A stretch of DNA of 22,958 nt, from contig JBDRWI010000038.1 of NCBI GenBank assembly GCA_039802265.1, forward strand, positions 1-22,958. Direction: 5' to 3'. The stretch is from a candidate division WOR-3 bacterium (GTDB taxonomy: Bacteria > Hydrothermota > Tepidihabitantia > SM23-42 > JAOAFX01). Below, in pieces: positions 6,575-14,835 of the stretch. The translations under genes and the position numbers were made by a program. The notes below the pieces were generated by a model that worked only from the letters and a program-made list of their open reading frames with translations, did not search any database and was not told where the DNA came from. The stretch's first letter is position 1, and each line of letters begins with the position of its first letter.

Positions 6575-9369
6575 TCAGGACCGATAGTTAAATAAAATTT
6601 CCAGTGCGAAACCTGCCCTGTTTCATCAACCCAGTTATGCAAGTCAAAGGCGCGTCCAGCATCTAACTTGAAGATAATAAAGAAAAGACTGAAACGAAGA
6701 CCAGCACCGAGACCCAGTTTAAGATCCTTTAACCTGATGGGTGGGAATCCTTCAGAGGATTCATAGGCCTTAAAGGAATCTGAGTATACACCTGCCCAGT
6801 CAGTAAATAATACACCACGAATGTTTCTAATTTCAATGGGCAAAGGGAAGGCAAGTTTTAATCGGTCAATGAACGGAAAACGATACTCCAAGTTTAAAAA
6901 TCCCAGATCGGCACCGGTAAATGTGTAATAATCAAACCCCCTTATTGTACCCGCACCTCCGATTGACCATAATTCTTCGTCCTTTCCAAAATTACTTGCG
7001 AGTACCAATCTTGCGGCAAAACTTGCCCTGGGTGATAATCGAAAATACCGGCGATAGTCAAGAATACTCGCCTTAATATCAAAATCACTGAAGATTGTAT
7101 TGTAGTAAGTTATTCGTGCCCGTAATCCATTATGGGGACCAATATCTCCCCATCTGGCATTGTCAAAGATAAAGGATACCTCCGGGTAGATGAAGTTGTA
7201 TGAGGCATTGGAATAGGAGTTAAAAACATAAGCAGGGAAGAAATCAAACCATCTCGTTTCATATATCTTATAGGCATAAACTCCAAATTCGGTTCGGAAA
7301 AATTTGGTAAATGGATACTGGGCAGCACCCCCGATACCGAGATACCGCCAGATTAGAAGATCGTACCCAAGGGCAAAATAGTTGAGGTACTGAAAGAGGG
7401 CAAACCCAAAGTCGGTTCTTTTCTTCAAATACCAGTAATTTAAAAATATATCAGATGTAGACAAACTACCGTAAAAGTTTGTGCTAAATTGAATATGGTG
7501 GTTACCCAGGATATCACTCAAGGCAATCTCGGTCATACCCGAGAATCCAAGCGGTGTATAATAAGATGCGCTGGCAACCACATAATCAAAGGTAAACTTT
7601 GGAGAATATTTTTTTATGCGATTGTCGGCAAGGGAAACTTCCTCAAATGAATTTTCAGAAATATTCTCCTCAGGCTGATTATCGGTAACCATCTTTTCCA
7701 AAGGTTCTTTGACCACGCATACATCATATCCATAGTTATTGTAGTAGGTAAAGGCAATTTTACTTCCATCCTGGGAGATTGTTGGATAATAGATACCCGT
7801 AAGTATATCGGTCCGCCTAACGATCTGAGATGAGTTAGTTGAATAATAATATAGATTATAGGCCGAGTCATAATCGGCAACAAAGAATATTCCTGTATCA
7901 GAATAAAAAAGCGGAGATGCTACATAATGTGTCCTTGGTATAACCCGTACTGCTTCCTCTTCTTTTTTTAAAAATAAGGCGAAATTTCCATAGTGATATT
8001 CCTCACCGGAATCGGGACGGTCCGAAACGAATGCAATAAGACCCGATGGTGAAATAACCGGATATTTGTCGGCATAAATATCATTGGTAATTCTCTTCAT
8101 TCTACCACTGCTGATTTCTAACAGGTATATATCAAGATAAGAATCTTTAAGACCGCTGAAGATAATCTCCTTTCCATCCGGGGAAAATTTTGGTGAGTAT
8201 ATACCGTCGAGTTGTAGTTTAAATTTTTTCCAGACCCGTCCATTCCTGGCCTGGATAATATATAAAACATCACTACCCTGTGCCTTGGCAGCAAAACTCA
8301 AATACTTCTCATCCGGTGACCAGGTGATTCCTCCCTGATAGAGATGCAACCCCTCATAGCCGGCTGAATATTCTGCCCTTACCAATTTCTTCAAAATTCT
8401 GCCATCGATACTGGAGATAATAATCAATTCGGCGGCACCCTGCCGGTCGCTGATAAATGCAATCTTGTCTCCATTTGGTGAAATCGCTGATGAAGTGTTG
8501 TAGTATGAATTAGTCTTGTTATGGTCATATACTATGCGGGCAAAGGAATCAAAGTATTCAGTAAGGGTGATTTTGGGCCAATATTTTACCTGATAATATT
8601 TAATCCAGCGATTATTCAATTCTTCAATGCCAACACCGAATGCAGCCAATGAGGCATTTTCTAAATTTTTCTTTGACTTCAACAAATGTAAAAATTCACC
8701 GACCTTTTCCCGACCATATTTTGTCGCAATATAGTGATAAAATGCCTGCCCCTCTTTGTAAATTATATAACCACCATAATTTTCTAACTGGAAAAGGGGA
8801 ATGACTTTGTTATTCATAATCAAATCCCGCATATAGATGTCAGCCTCAAGATTCCAGTTTTGAGATTCAAATTCTGCCAAACCCTCCATTACCCACAAGG
8901 GGATAGAATAAAGAAAGTCACCGGTCAGTATTGCCTCAAGTTTTGAGGGAAAAAAGATTACAAACTGAAATACATGGGTCAGTTCGTGGACCAGAACATG
9001 GCGTAGTTCTTCGTAATCACCATTAAATGGAATAACCATTCGATTCTTCAAAAGTTCAGTAAATCCGCCAACCGATTCCTCAATCAATTCAAGCGTTACA
9101 TTAGTCTGAGAGAAGTCATTGGGAGAATTATAGATTATTACCGGAATCCTGAATTCCACCTCAACACCCAGATCTTTACTCAACATTTCGTAACCATCTT
9201 CCAGCACATCTTCAGCAAATGAGGCAAGATTTTCGCCACCTGGGTAAAAGTAGATGTCAAAATGTTCGGTATTCAATATCTTGAAATCAAAGTCTTTGTA
9301 TTGAATCTTATTCTGTCCGAAATATTGCTGGCAAAGAAATATTCCAAGAAAATAGAGATAAGGATTCAT
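6568..9369 (-). CDS. Omp85/BamA-family outer-membrane protein with an N-terminal HExxH peptidase (MA-like) domain and a PD40/TolB-like propeller
   Basis: FGQNKIQY; HELTH and PLWVMEGLAE (gluzincin-type); SPNGDKIAF, WSPDEK, FSPDGK.IIF repeats; IGG.GTIRGF, LEYRFP; terminal aromatic residue in FYLTIGPEW. Confidence 0.85.
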   Translation of the reverse strand: MNPYLYFLGIFLCQQYFGQNKIQYKDFDFKILNTEHFDIYFYPGGENLASFAEDVLEDGYEMLSKDLGVEVEFRIPVIIYNSPNDFSQTNVTLELIEESVGGFTELLKNRMVIPFNGDYEELRHVLVHELTHVFQFVIFFPSKLEAILTGDFLYSIPLWVMEGLAEFESQNWNLEADIYMRDLIMNNKVIPLFQLENYGGYIIYKEGQAFYHYIATKYGREKVGEFLHLLKSKKNLENASLAAFGVGIEELNNRWIKYYQVKYWPKITLTEYFDSFARIVYDHNKTNSYYNTSSAISPNGDKIAFISDRQGAAELIIISSIDGRILKKLVRAEYSAGYEGLHLYQGGITWSPDEKYLSFAAKAQGSDVLYIIQARNGRVWKKFKLQLDGIYSPKFSPDGKEIIFSGLKDSYLDIYLLEISSGRMKRITNDIYADKYPVISPSGLIAFVSDRPDSGEEYHYGNFALFLKKEEEAVRVIPRTHYVASPLFYSDTGIFFVADYDSAYNLYYYSTNSSQIVRRTDILTGIYYPTISQDGSKIAFTYYNNYGYDVCVVKEPLEKMVTDNQPEENISENSFEEVSLADNRIKKYSPKFTFDYVVASASYYTPLGFSGMTEIALSDILGNHHIQFSTNFYGSLSTSDIFLNYWYLKKRTDFGFALFQYLNYFALGYDLLIWRYLGIGGAAQYPFTKFFRTEFGVYAYKIYETRWFDFFPAYVFNSYSNASYNFIYPEVSFIFDNARWGDIGPHNGLRARITYYNTIFSDFDIKASILDYRRYFRLSPRASFAARLVLASNFGKDEELWSIGGAGTIRGFDYYTFTGADLGFLNLEYRFPFIDRLKLAFPLPIEIRNIRGVLFTDWAGVYSDSFKAYESSEGFPPIRLKDLKLGLGAGLRFSLFFIIFKLDAGRAFDLHNWVDETGQVSHWKFYLTIGPEW

Positions 9370-9374
9370 ATTAT

Positions 9375-9402
9375 ATTATAGCGAGTTAATGTTAAAAGTC
9401 AA
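9375..9402 (-). promoter_or_regulatory. sigma70-type promoter, leaderless configuration
   Basis: TTGACT (9402-9397), 16 bp, TATAAT (9380-9375), 5 nt, ATG at 9369. Confidence 0.75.
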
Positions 9403-9584
9403 TCCTTTAAAGATATACAGGAATACTTACAAAAATGCGATCTGCTTAAATATTGAAATCACTGTACAGAAATATACATCGGGAAAGTTGCCCTGAAATT
9501 CTTTGAAATCTTTCGCTTTGCTTAAGCTCCTTTGCAACATAGTCGTGAATAAATAATAAAAGAAAATGGCGTCTTATTGAAATG

Positions 9585-9673
9585 CGGAGAGAGAGGGATT
9601 TGAACCCCCGACCCACTTTTCAGTGGATACGCGATTTCGAGTCGCGCGCCTTAGTCCACTCGGCCATCTCTCC
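9585..9673 (-). tRNA. tRNA-Ser(CGA)
   Basis: GGAGAGA acceptor; D-arm TGGCCGAGTGGACTAAGGC; anticodon arm CGCGA-CT-CGA-AA-TCGCG; long variable arm CCACT-GAAA-AGTGG; T-loop GGTTCAAATCC; discriminator G; CCA not encoded. Confidence 0.95.
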
Positions 9674-9681
9674 AAACAAAT

Positions 9682-9780
9682 AGTAGGTGGCTGGCGGGTT
9701 TGGATACCGGTATGATCGTCGGTCTGTGGACTTTGGGTTATCTCTAAACCCAATAACCAATCCCGCTTCCAAACCCTACC
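9682..9780 (-). ncRNA. Candidate unassigned structured RNA (three-way junction) directly 5' of tRNA-Ser
   Basis: GC-rich island with nested helices GGTAGG/CCTACT, TGG/CCA, GCGGG-A-TTGG/CCAA-A-CCCGC, TTGGGTT/AACCCAA capped by A-GAGA-T, and ACCG/CGGT. No family recognised. Confidence 0.45.
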
Positions 9781-9870
9781 CAACTATCAATTTCATCCTC
9801 TCAATCTCGATCTAACAACCTTTTTTAGAAACTTCGATTTTTAGTTTAATTGATATATTTATATCTTTTT

Positions 9871-9893
9871 GCAAGGCTGAAGCCTTGCCCTAC
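9871..9893 (-). repeat. GTAG-type REP-like palindrome
   Basis: GTAG-G-GCAAGGC-TTCA-GCCTTGC, 3 nt after the tadA stop; followed by an A-run, not a U-run. Single copy in this window. Confidence 0.55.
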
Positions 9894-9896
9894 AAT

Positions 9897-10373
9897 TTAA
9901 TTTCTAAATCTATTTTTATTATCCCGTCTCTTATTGAAAAAATTTTTCATCAAAAATATAGATTCCTCTTTCAAAATACCTTCAACGATTTCAATTCTAT
10001 GATTCAATCTTTTCTCCTGCACAATATTGAAAATCGAGCCACAACCACCAAACTTTTCATCCCTTGCACCGAAGACAACTTTCTTTACCCTGGCCATTAC
10101 CAGGGCACCAGCACACATTATACAGGGCTCAATGGTTGTATAAATTGTAACGCCGTTCAATCGCCAGGAATTAAGGGCATAAGCTGCCGCAGTGAGTGCT
10201 AAAATTTCAGCATGCGCGGTGGGGTCTTTCAAATGTTCAGTCCGATTGTGGCCCCGGCCGATGATCTGATTCTTGTAGACCGCAACCGCCCCGATTGGCA
10301 CCTCATCCTCGTCAAATGCCTTCTTTGCCTCTTTAAGTGCCTCTTCCATGTAATAATCATCACTATAATTCAT
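9897..10373 (-). CDS. tadA: tRNA adenosine(34) deaminase TadA
   Basis: EVPIGAV, DPTAHAE, EPCIMCAGA, WRL, LNH, C-terminal FF..RR. Confidence 0.93.
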   Translation of the reverse strand: MNYSDDYYMEEALKEAKKAFDEDEVPIGAVAVYKNQIIGRGHNRTEHLKDPTAHAEILALTAAAYALNSWRLNGVTIYTTIEPCIMCAGALVMARVKKVVFGARDEKFGGCGSIFNIVQEKRLNHRIEIVEGILKEESIFLMKNFFNKRRDNKNRFRN

Positions 10374-10397
10374 ATCGCCCTGCTTCCATTTATTAAA

Positions 10398-10471
10398 CGC
10401 GCCCGACGTGACTTGAACACGTAGCCTGCGGGTTCGAAGCCCGCCGCTCTATCCAGTTGAGCTACGGGCGC
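10398..10471 (-). tRNA. tRNA-Arg(UCG)
   Basis: Acceptor GCGCCCG/CGGGCGC; D-arm GCTC-AACTGGATA-GAGC; anticodon arm GCGGG-CT-TCG-AA-CCCGC; T-arm ACGTG-TTCAAGT-CACGT; CCA not encoded. Confidence 0.95.
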
Positions 10472-10484
10472 CTTTTACATTTTT

Positions 10485-10512
10485 ATTATATTCAATCATC
10501 CATCAGTGTCAA
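10485..10512 (-). promoter_or_regulatory. sigma70-type promoter for tRNA-Arg-tadA
   Basis: Perfect TTGACA (10512-10507), 16 bp, TATAAT (10490-10485); 13 nt before tRNA G1. Confidence 0.85.
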
Positions 10513-10681
10513 TGCACCGATTTAAATCAAAGACAATTTTATTTTACTAATTCACCAGTAATCTTATTACCTATTACCTTTTTGCAATTCCTTCGGGTCT
10601 TTTCTTTAAAAAATCAGCCCTATCCGATAGGTAAATTGGAATGCCAGAGAAAATTTATTGCCCGGGTTTTGATTTTCTGGA

Positions 10682-10709
10682 TTGACCTCGAACCAATTAT
10701 AAGTATAAT
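10682..10709 (+). promoter_or_regulatory. sigma70-type promoter for iorAB, leaderless configuration
   Basis: TTGACC (10682-10687), 16 bp, TATAAT (10704-10709), 5 nt, ATG at 10715; no SD. Confidence 0.75.
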
Positions 10710-10714
10710 ATCCT

Positions 10715-12475
10715 ATGTTTAGAATTGAAAGGAAAATACTTTCCGGTAACGAGGCAGTTGCCAGGGGTGCCTGGGAAGGAGGATGCCATTTTGCAGCTGC
10801 CTATCCAGGAACTCCATCCACGGAGATTTTAGAGAATATAATAAAATATCCGGAGATCTATACCGAATGGTCGGTAAATGAAAAAGTAGCACTTGAAGTT
10901 TGTGCAGGTGCGTCATTTGTTGGTGCAAGGGCCATCACGGCAATGAAACATGTAGGATTGAATGTCGCTGCTGACCCGATGTTCACCCTCGGTTATACCG
11001 GGGTTACCGGAGGACTTGTTATCGTTACCTGCGATGACCCTGGAATGTGGTCTTCCCAGAATGAGCAGGATAATCGCCACTATGCTAGACACGCCAAGAT
11101 TCCGCTCCTTGAACCATCGGATTCTAATGAGGCAAAGATATTTACAAAATTGGCATTTGAACTCTCCGAGGAATTTGACACTGTCTTTCTTTTAAGGCTC
11201 ACAACCAGAATCTCTCACTCTTCAGGGATTGTTGAACTTGGTACACGCAAAGAGATTCCGATAAAGGGTTATGTAAAGAACATCAGAAAAAGGCTGGTTC
11301 TACCTGCCCATGCCCGAATCCTCCATCAAGTTGTCGAAGAAAGATTGAAAAAACTCGCTGACTATTCTGAAGACTTTCCCTACAACAGAATTGAATGGGG
11401 CGAGAAGAACCTTGGGATAATAAGTTCCGGGATTGCATATATGTATGCAAAAGAAGTCTTCCCCGGTGCAAGTTTTTTGAAACTCTCTTTCACATATCCA
11501 TTGCCGAGGAATTTAATCAAAAGATTCGCACGGGAGGTGAAGAAATTACTTGTCATTGAAGAAGGCGACCCGATTCTTGAACAGGAAATTAAAGCAATGG
11601 GAATTAAGGTCATAGGCAAAGACAAAATTCCTTTGTGTGGTGAGCTCGATCCAACCGTGATAAAAAAGAGTTTCAATAAAAAAATTTACAAACCTCAAAT
11701 GGAATTAAAAGATGTGCCTGAAAGACCTCCAGTCCTGTGTCCGGGTTGTCCCGAAAGAGGTGTATTTTATGTTATTAATAAATTGAAACTCACCGCGACG
11801 GGCGATATTGGCTGTTATACCCTTGGCGCCCTGCCACCATTAAATGCAATGGATACCTGCATTTGTATGGGGGCTTCGGTGACGAACGCACACGGAATGG
11901 AGAAGGCCCTTGGAAAGGAGTTAAGTAAAAAACTTGTAGCAATCATAGGTGACTCTACTTTTTTCCATATGGGTATCACTGGATTGATAAATGCAGTATA
12001 CAATAAAGGAAACCTGAATCTGATAATTCTCGACAACTTAACCACCGCCATGACCGGACATCAACCCCATCCCGGAACAGGAAGACTTGCTCGAGGTGAA
12101 GAAGGTAAAAGAATTCTACCGGAAGATGTTGCGCGTGGCTGCGGTGTTGAATTTGTCAGGGTTGTTGATCCACTGGATCTAAAACAGACAGAACAGGCAA
12201 TTAAAGATGCAATAAATTTTGAAGGTGTGACAGTCCTTGTATTTCGGAGCCCCTGCATATTTTTGAAAAAACCAAAACCCTATCTTGCGGTTGACCCGGA
12301 AAAATGCAATGGCTGTAAACTCTGCTTGAGATTGGGATGTCCGGCGATTACCCTTAAAAAGATAGAATCAAAAGAAAAACCGGTGGCATATATTGAACCC
12401 ACGCTCTGTAATGGTTGTGATCTATGTCTCCAATTATGTCAGCATGATGCGATAGAGTCGTCAAAAAATGAATAA
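10715..12475 (+). CDS. iorA: Indolepyruvate ferredoxin oxidoreductase subunit alpha
   Basis: GNEAVARG, YPGTPSTEI, NEKVALE, MKHVGLNVAAD, SQNEQD.R, LCPGCP, GDIGCY, GDSTFFH, TAMTGHQ, two C-terminal ferredoxin Cys clusters. Confidence 0.95.
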   Translation: MFRIERKILSGNEAVARGAWEGGCHFAAAYPGTPSTEILENIIKYPEIYTEWSVNEKVALEVCAGASFVGARAITAMKHVGLNVAADPMFTLGYTGVTGGLVIVTCDDPGMWSSQNEQDNRHYARHAKIPLLEPSDSNEAKIFTKLAFELSEEFDTVFLLRLTTRISHSSGIVELGTRKEIPIKGYVKNIRKRLVLPAHARILHQVVEERLKKLADYSEDFPYNRIEWGEKNLGIISSGIAYMYAKEVFPGASFLKLSFTYPLPRNLIKRFAREVKKLLVIEEGDPILEQEIKAMGIKVIGKDKIPLCGELDPTVIKKSFNKKIYKPQMELKDVPERPPVLCPGCPERGVFYVINKLKLTATGDIGCYTLGALPPLNAMDTCICMGASVTNAHGMEKALGKELSKKLVAIIGDSTFFHMGITGLINAVYNKGNLNLIILDNLTTAMTGHQPHPGTGRLARGEEGKRILPEDVARGCGVEFVRVVDPLDLKQTEQAIKDAINFEGVTVLVFRSPCIFLKKPKPYLAVDPEKCNGCKLCLRLGCPAITLKKIESKEKPVAYIEPTLCNGCDLCLQLCQHDAIESSKNE

Positions 12476-12477
12476 AA

Positions 12478-13086
12478 ATGAAAAGTAAGAAAAAGGCAAT
12501 TGAATCTTCAAACAATAAAATTACCAGCATAATAATCTGCGGGGTTGGCGGACAGGGTATATTGCTTTCCTCGGATATTCTTTGTACTGCAGCATTTCTT
12601 GCGGGATATGATGTAAAAAAGAGCGAAATACACGGAATGGCCCAGCGTGGCGGCAGTGTGATAACTCATGCACGATTTGGTAAAAAGGTATATTCACCAC
12701 TCGTAGAAGAAGGCGGTGCCGATTTTATCCTTGCATTTGAAAAACTGGAGGCATTGAGATACAGTTATTTTTTAAGGAATAATGGCACAATAATTGTAAA
12801 CGAACTGCAACTACCGCCAACGAGTGTCCTTGCGGGTGAGAGAGACTACCCGGCCAATATAATTGAGACCTTAAAAAAATTTGCCAATGTGGATGTAATA
12901 CCCGCCCAGGAAATTGCCCTTAAATTAGGAAATGTGCGTGTAGCAAATGTTGTACTTTTAGGGAGCATCGCCCGTTATCTGAAATTCCCGGAAGAACTCT
13001 GGACCGAGGCAATAAAAGAAAATGTAAAACCTCAATACCTTGATTTGAATATCAGGGCGTTTAAACAGGGTCTATCAATTCCCTGA
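12478..13086 (+). CDS. iorB: Indolepyruvate oxidoreductase subunit beta
   Basis: GVGGQG, SEIHGMAQRGGSV, E.LEALR, NVVLLG, N..AF..G. Confidence 0.93.
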   Translation: MKSKKKAIESSNNKITSIIICGVGGQGILLSSDILCTAAFLAGYDVKKSEIHGMAQRGGSVITHARFGKKVYSPLVEEGGADFILAFEKLEALRYSYFLRNNGTIIVNELQLPPTSVLAGERDYPANIIETLKKFANVDVIPAQEIALKLGNVRVANVVLLGSIARYLKFPEELWTEAIKENVKPQYLDLNIRAFKQGLSIP

Positions 13087-13103
13087 AGAAAAATATTATT
13101 ATT

Positions 13104-14657
13104 TTACTTCGCTATTTCAATTGCCCGTGTCTCGCGTACCACCGTAACCTTTATCTGCCCTGGATACTGCAGTTCCTTCTCAATCCGCCGGGCAATATTG
13201 CTGGCAAGACTTGAAACCTCGGCATCTGAAACCTTTTGAGGCTCAACCATCACCCGCACCTCTCTCCCTGCCTGAATTGCATAGACCCTTTCTACCCCAT
13301 CAAATGAAGAGACCAGTTCCTCTATCGCCTTCAATCGCCTCAGATATGCCTCAATCGTCTCCCTTCTTGCCCCAGGTCTTGCTCCAGAAATTGAATCCGC
13401 GATTTCAACAATAAACGCATATGGCGTAGTAGGTTTTACTTCCTCATGGTGGGCAGCAATGGCATTGACAACAATTTCATTTTCACCAAATTTTGAGGCA
13501 ATCTCGGCACCACTCTGGGCATGGGGTCCCTCAACATTCATATCGGCAACCTTTCCAAGGTCGTGAAGCAGACCGGCACGCTTTGCAAGCGCCGGGTCAA
13601 GACCCAGTTCCTGCGCAATCATTGCCGAAAGGTACGCCACTTCCTTGGAATGCTGAAGCAGATTCTGCCCGTAACTTGTTCTGAATTTCATCTTTCCTAA
13701 CAACTTCACAATCTCCGGTGATATACCGATTAGACCGAGTTCCAGCGCCACCTCCTCACCGGTATTTTTAATGACATTTTCAATTTCATTCTGGGCACTC
13801 CTAACAACCTCCTCAATCCGTGCCGGATGAATCCGACCATTAGATACCAGTTTCGCCATTGCCAGCCGGGCTATCTCCCGTCTTATTGGATCAAAACAGG
13901 AGAGTGAAACTGTCTCCGGTGTATCATCAATAATCACCTCAACACCTGTCAGATTCTCAAATGCCCTGATATTCCTTCCTTCCCTGCCGATTATCCTGCC
14001 TTTCATCTCTTCAGATGGTATGGTAACTACCGAAACCGTGGTTTCGGCGGTATGGGCGGTGGCGCACTTTTGTATTGCCTGGATGATAATCTCACGGGCG
14101 GTCTCTTCCGCCTTCAACTGTGCCTCTTCCTTTATTTTATTCAATAACACAGCAATTTCATGCTGGGCCTCAGCTTCAAGTTTCTTGAATAAAGCCGCCT
14201 TCGCCTCTTCCTTGCTGATATTGGCAATCTTCTGTAATGCCTCGGTCTCTTCTTTAATTAACTGGTCCAGTCTTTCCGATTTTGCCATTATTATCCGTTC
14301 CCGATTTTGTAGATTGTGTTCTTTTGTTAAGAGCTCCTTCTCTTTATCAACAATCAATCTCTCTTTTTTTTCTAATGCCATCTCCTTTTCCAAAAGCCTC
14401 TTCTCCGCCCGCTCGATCTCCTTGCGCCGACTGAATGTCTCCTTTTCGAAATTTAACTTCTCCTGATACCAGTGCTCCTTTGCGGCAATCTCAGCTGATT
14501 TGCGATAGGTTTCTGCCTCTTTTTTTGCCTCGGCAATAATCCTCTCTGCTTCTTTCTGGGCGTTGATTATTCGATTTTTGCCAAATCTTAAATAAAAATA
14601 AATTCCTAATATAAAGGCAATAAAAATTACTACAATAGCGGTTATTGTTGTGATCAT
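13104..14657 (-). CDS. rny: Ribonuclease Y
   Basis: N-terminal TM, coiled coil, KH (MKGRIIGREGRNIR), HD (SYGQN.L.HS, GLLHD.GK), YPGQIKVTVVRE. Start is ATG 14657 with GGAGG SD; the 14744 start in the ORF track lies inside 6S RNA. Confidence 0.96.
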   Translation of the reverse strand: MITTITAIVVIFIAFILGIYFYLRFGKNRIINAQKEAERIIAEAKKEAETYRKSAEIAAKEHWYQEKLNFEKETFSRRKEIERAEKRLLEKEMALEKKERLIVDKEKELLTKEHNLQNRERIIMAKSERLDQLIKEETEALQKIANISKEEAKAALFKKLEAEAQHEIAVLLNKIKEEAQLKAEETAREIIIQAIQKCATAHTAETTVSVVTIPSEEMKGRIIGREGRNIRAFENLTGVEVIIDDTPETVSLSCFDPIRREIARLAMAKLVSNGRIHPARIEEVVRSAQNEIENVIKNTGEEVALELGLIGISPEIVKLLGKMKFRTSYGQNLLQHSKEVAYLSAMIAQELGLDPALAKRAGLLHDLGKVADMNVEGPHAQSGAEIASKFGENEIVVNAIAAHHEEVKPTTPYAFIVEIADSISGARPGARRETIEAYLRRLKAIEELVSSFDGVERVYAIQAGREVRVMVEPQKVSDAEVSSLASNIARRIEKELQYPGQIKVTVVRETRAIEIAK

Positions 14658-14680
14658 TTTTACCTCCAAATTCGGTAAAA

Positions 14681-14831
14681 GTTCCCCGCCTATGCCGTGT
14701 GGGAAAAAGTCTCTGAACCCAAAGTAAAGGTGGGCGCCTGTCAACTATAGGAATTCCTATAGCCGAACTCAGCTCCCTAACAATGGGTGTTGGCTCAAGA
14801 CTTAATGCCCATCACGAGCATCGCAGGGAAC
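14681..14831 (-). ncRNA. ssrS: 6S RNA
   Basis: Lies between zapA and rny. Closing stem GTTCCCTGC/GCGGGGAAC; internal ATGC.CGTG/CACGGCAT; TTGAGCC/GGGTTCAG; GGGAGC...GCGCCCACC; terminal palindrome CTATAGGAATTCCTATAG (14745-14762). Confidence 0.88.
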
Positions 14832-14835
14832 CAAT

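Noticed and set aside
9694..9766. Element read as a tRNA, SRP RNA, RNase P RNA or group I intron fragment
   Set aside because: No TTCRA T-arm or anticodon stem, and no SRP CAGG/GGAA/AGCA motif. AAAGTCC and CACAGAC are only short resemblances that lack their partner elements.
9574..9783. 69-aa minus-strand ORF
   Set aside because: It overlaps tRNA-Ser and the structured element and shows no protein features.
9852..9865. Palindrome GATATA-TT-TATATC
   Set aside because: Low complexity in AT-rich DNA; expected by chance.
13087..13103. Bidirectional terminator between convergent iorB and rny
   Set aside because: The 17-nt AT-rich gap has no GC stem.
14020..14466. 148-aa antisense ORF, and the other short opposite-strand or out-of-frame ORFs in the track
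   Set aside because: Shadows of well-supported genes; no motifs or RBS.
14658..14744. N-terminal extension of rny from TTG 14744, and TTGACA at 14744-14739 as a -35 box
   Set aside because: Both lie inside 6S RNA. ATG 14657 has the SD and precedes the TM helix, and no -10 box exists at a usable spacing.
14745..14762. Perfect 18-bp palindrome as an operator or terminator
   Set aside because: Explained as the apical hairpin of 6S RNA.
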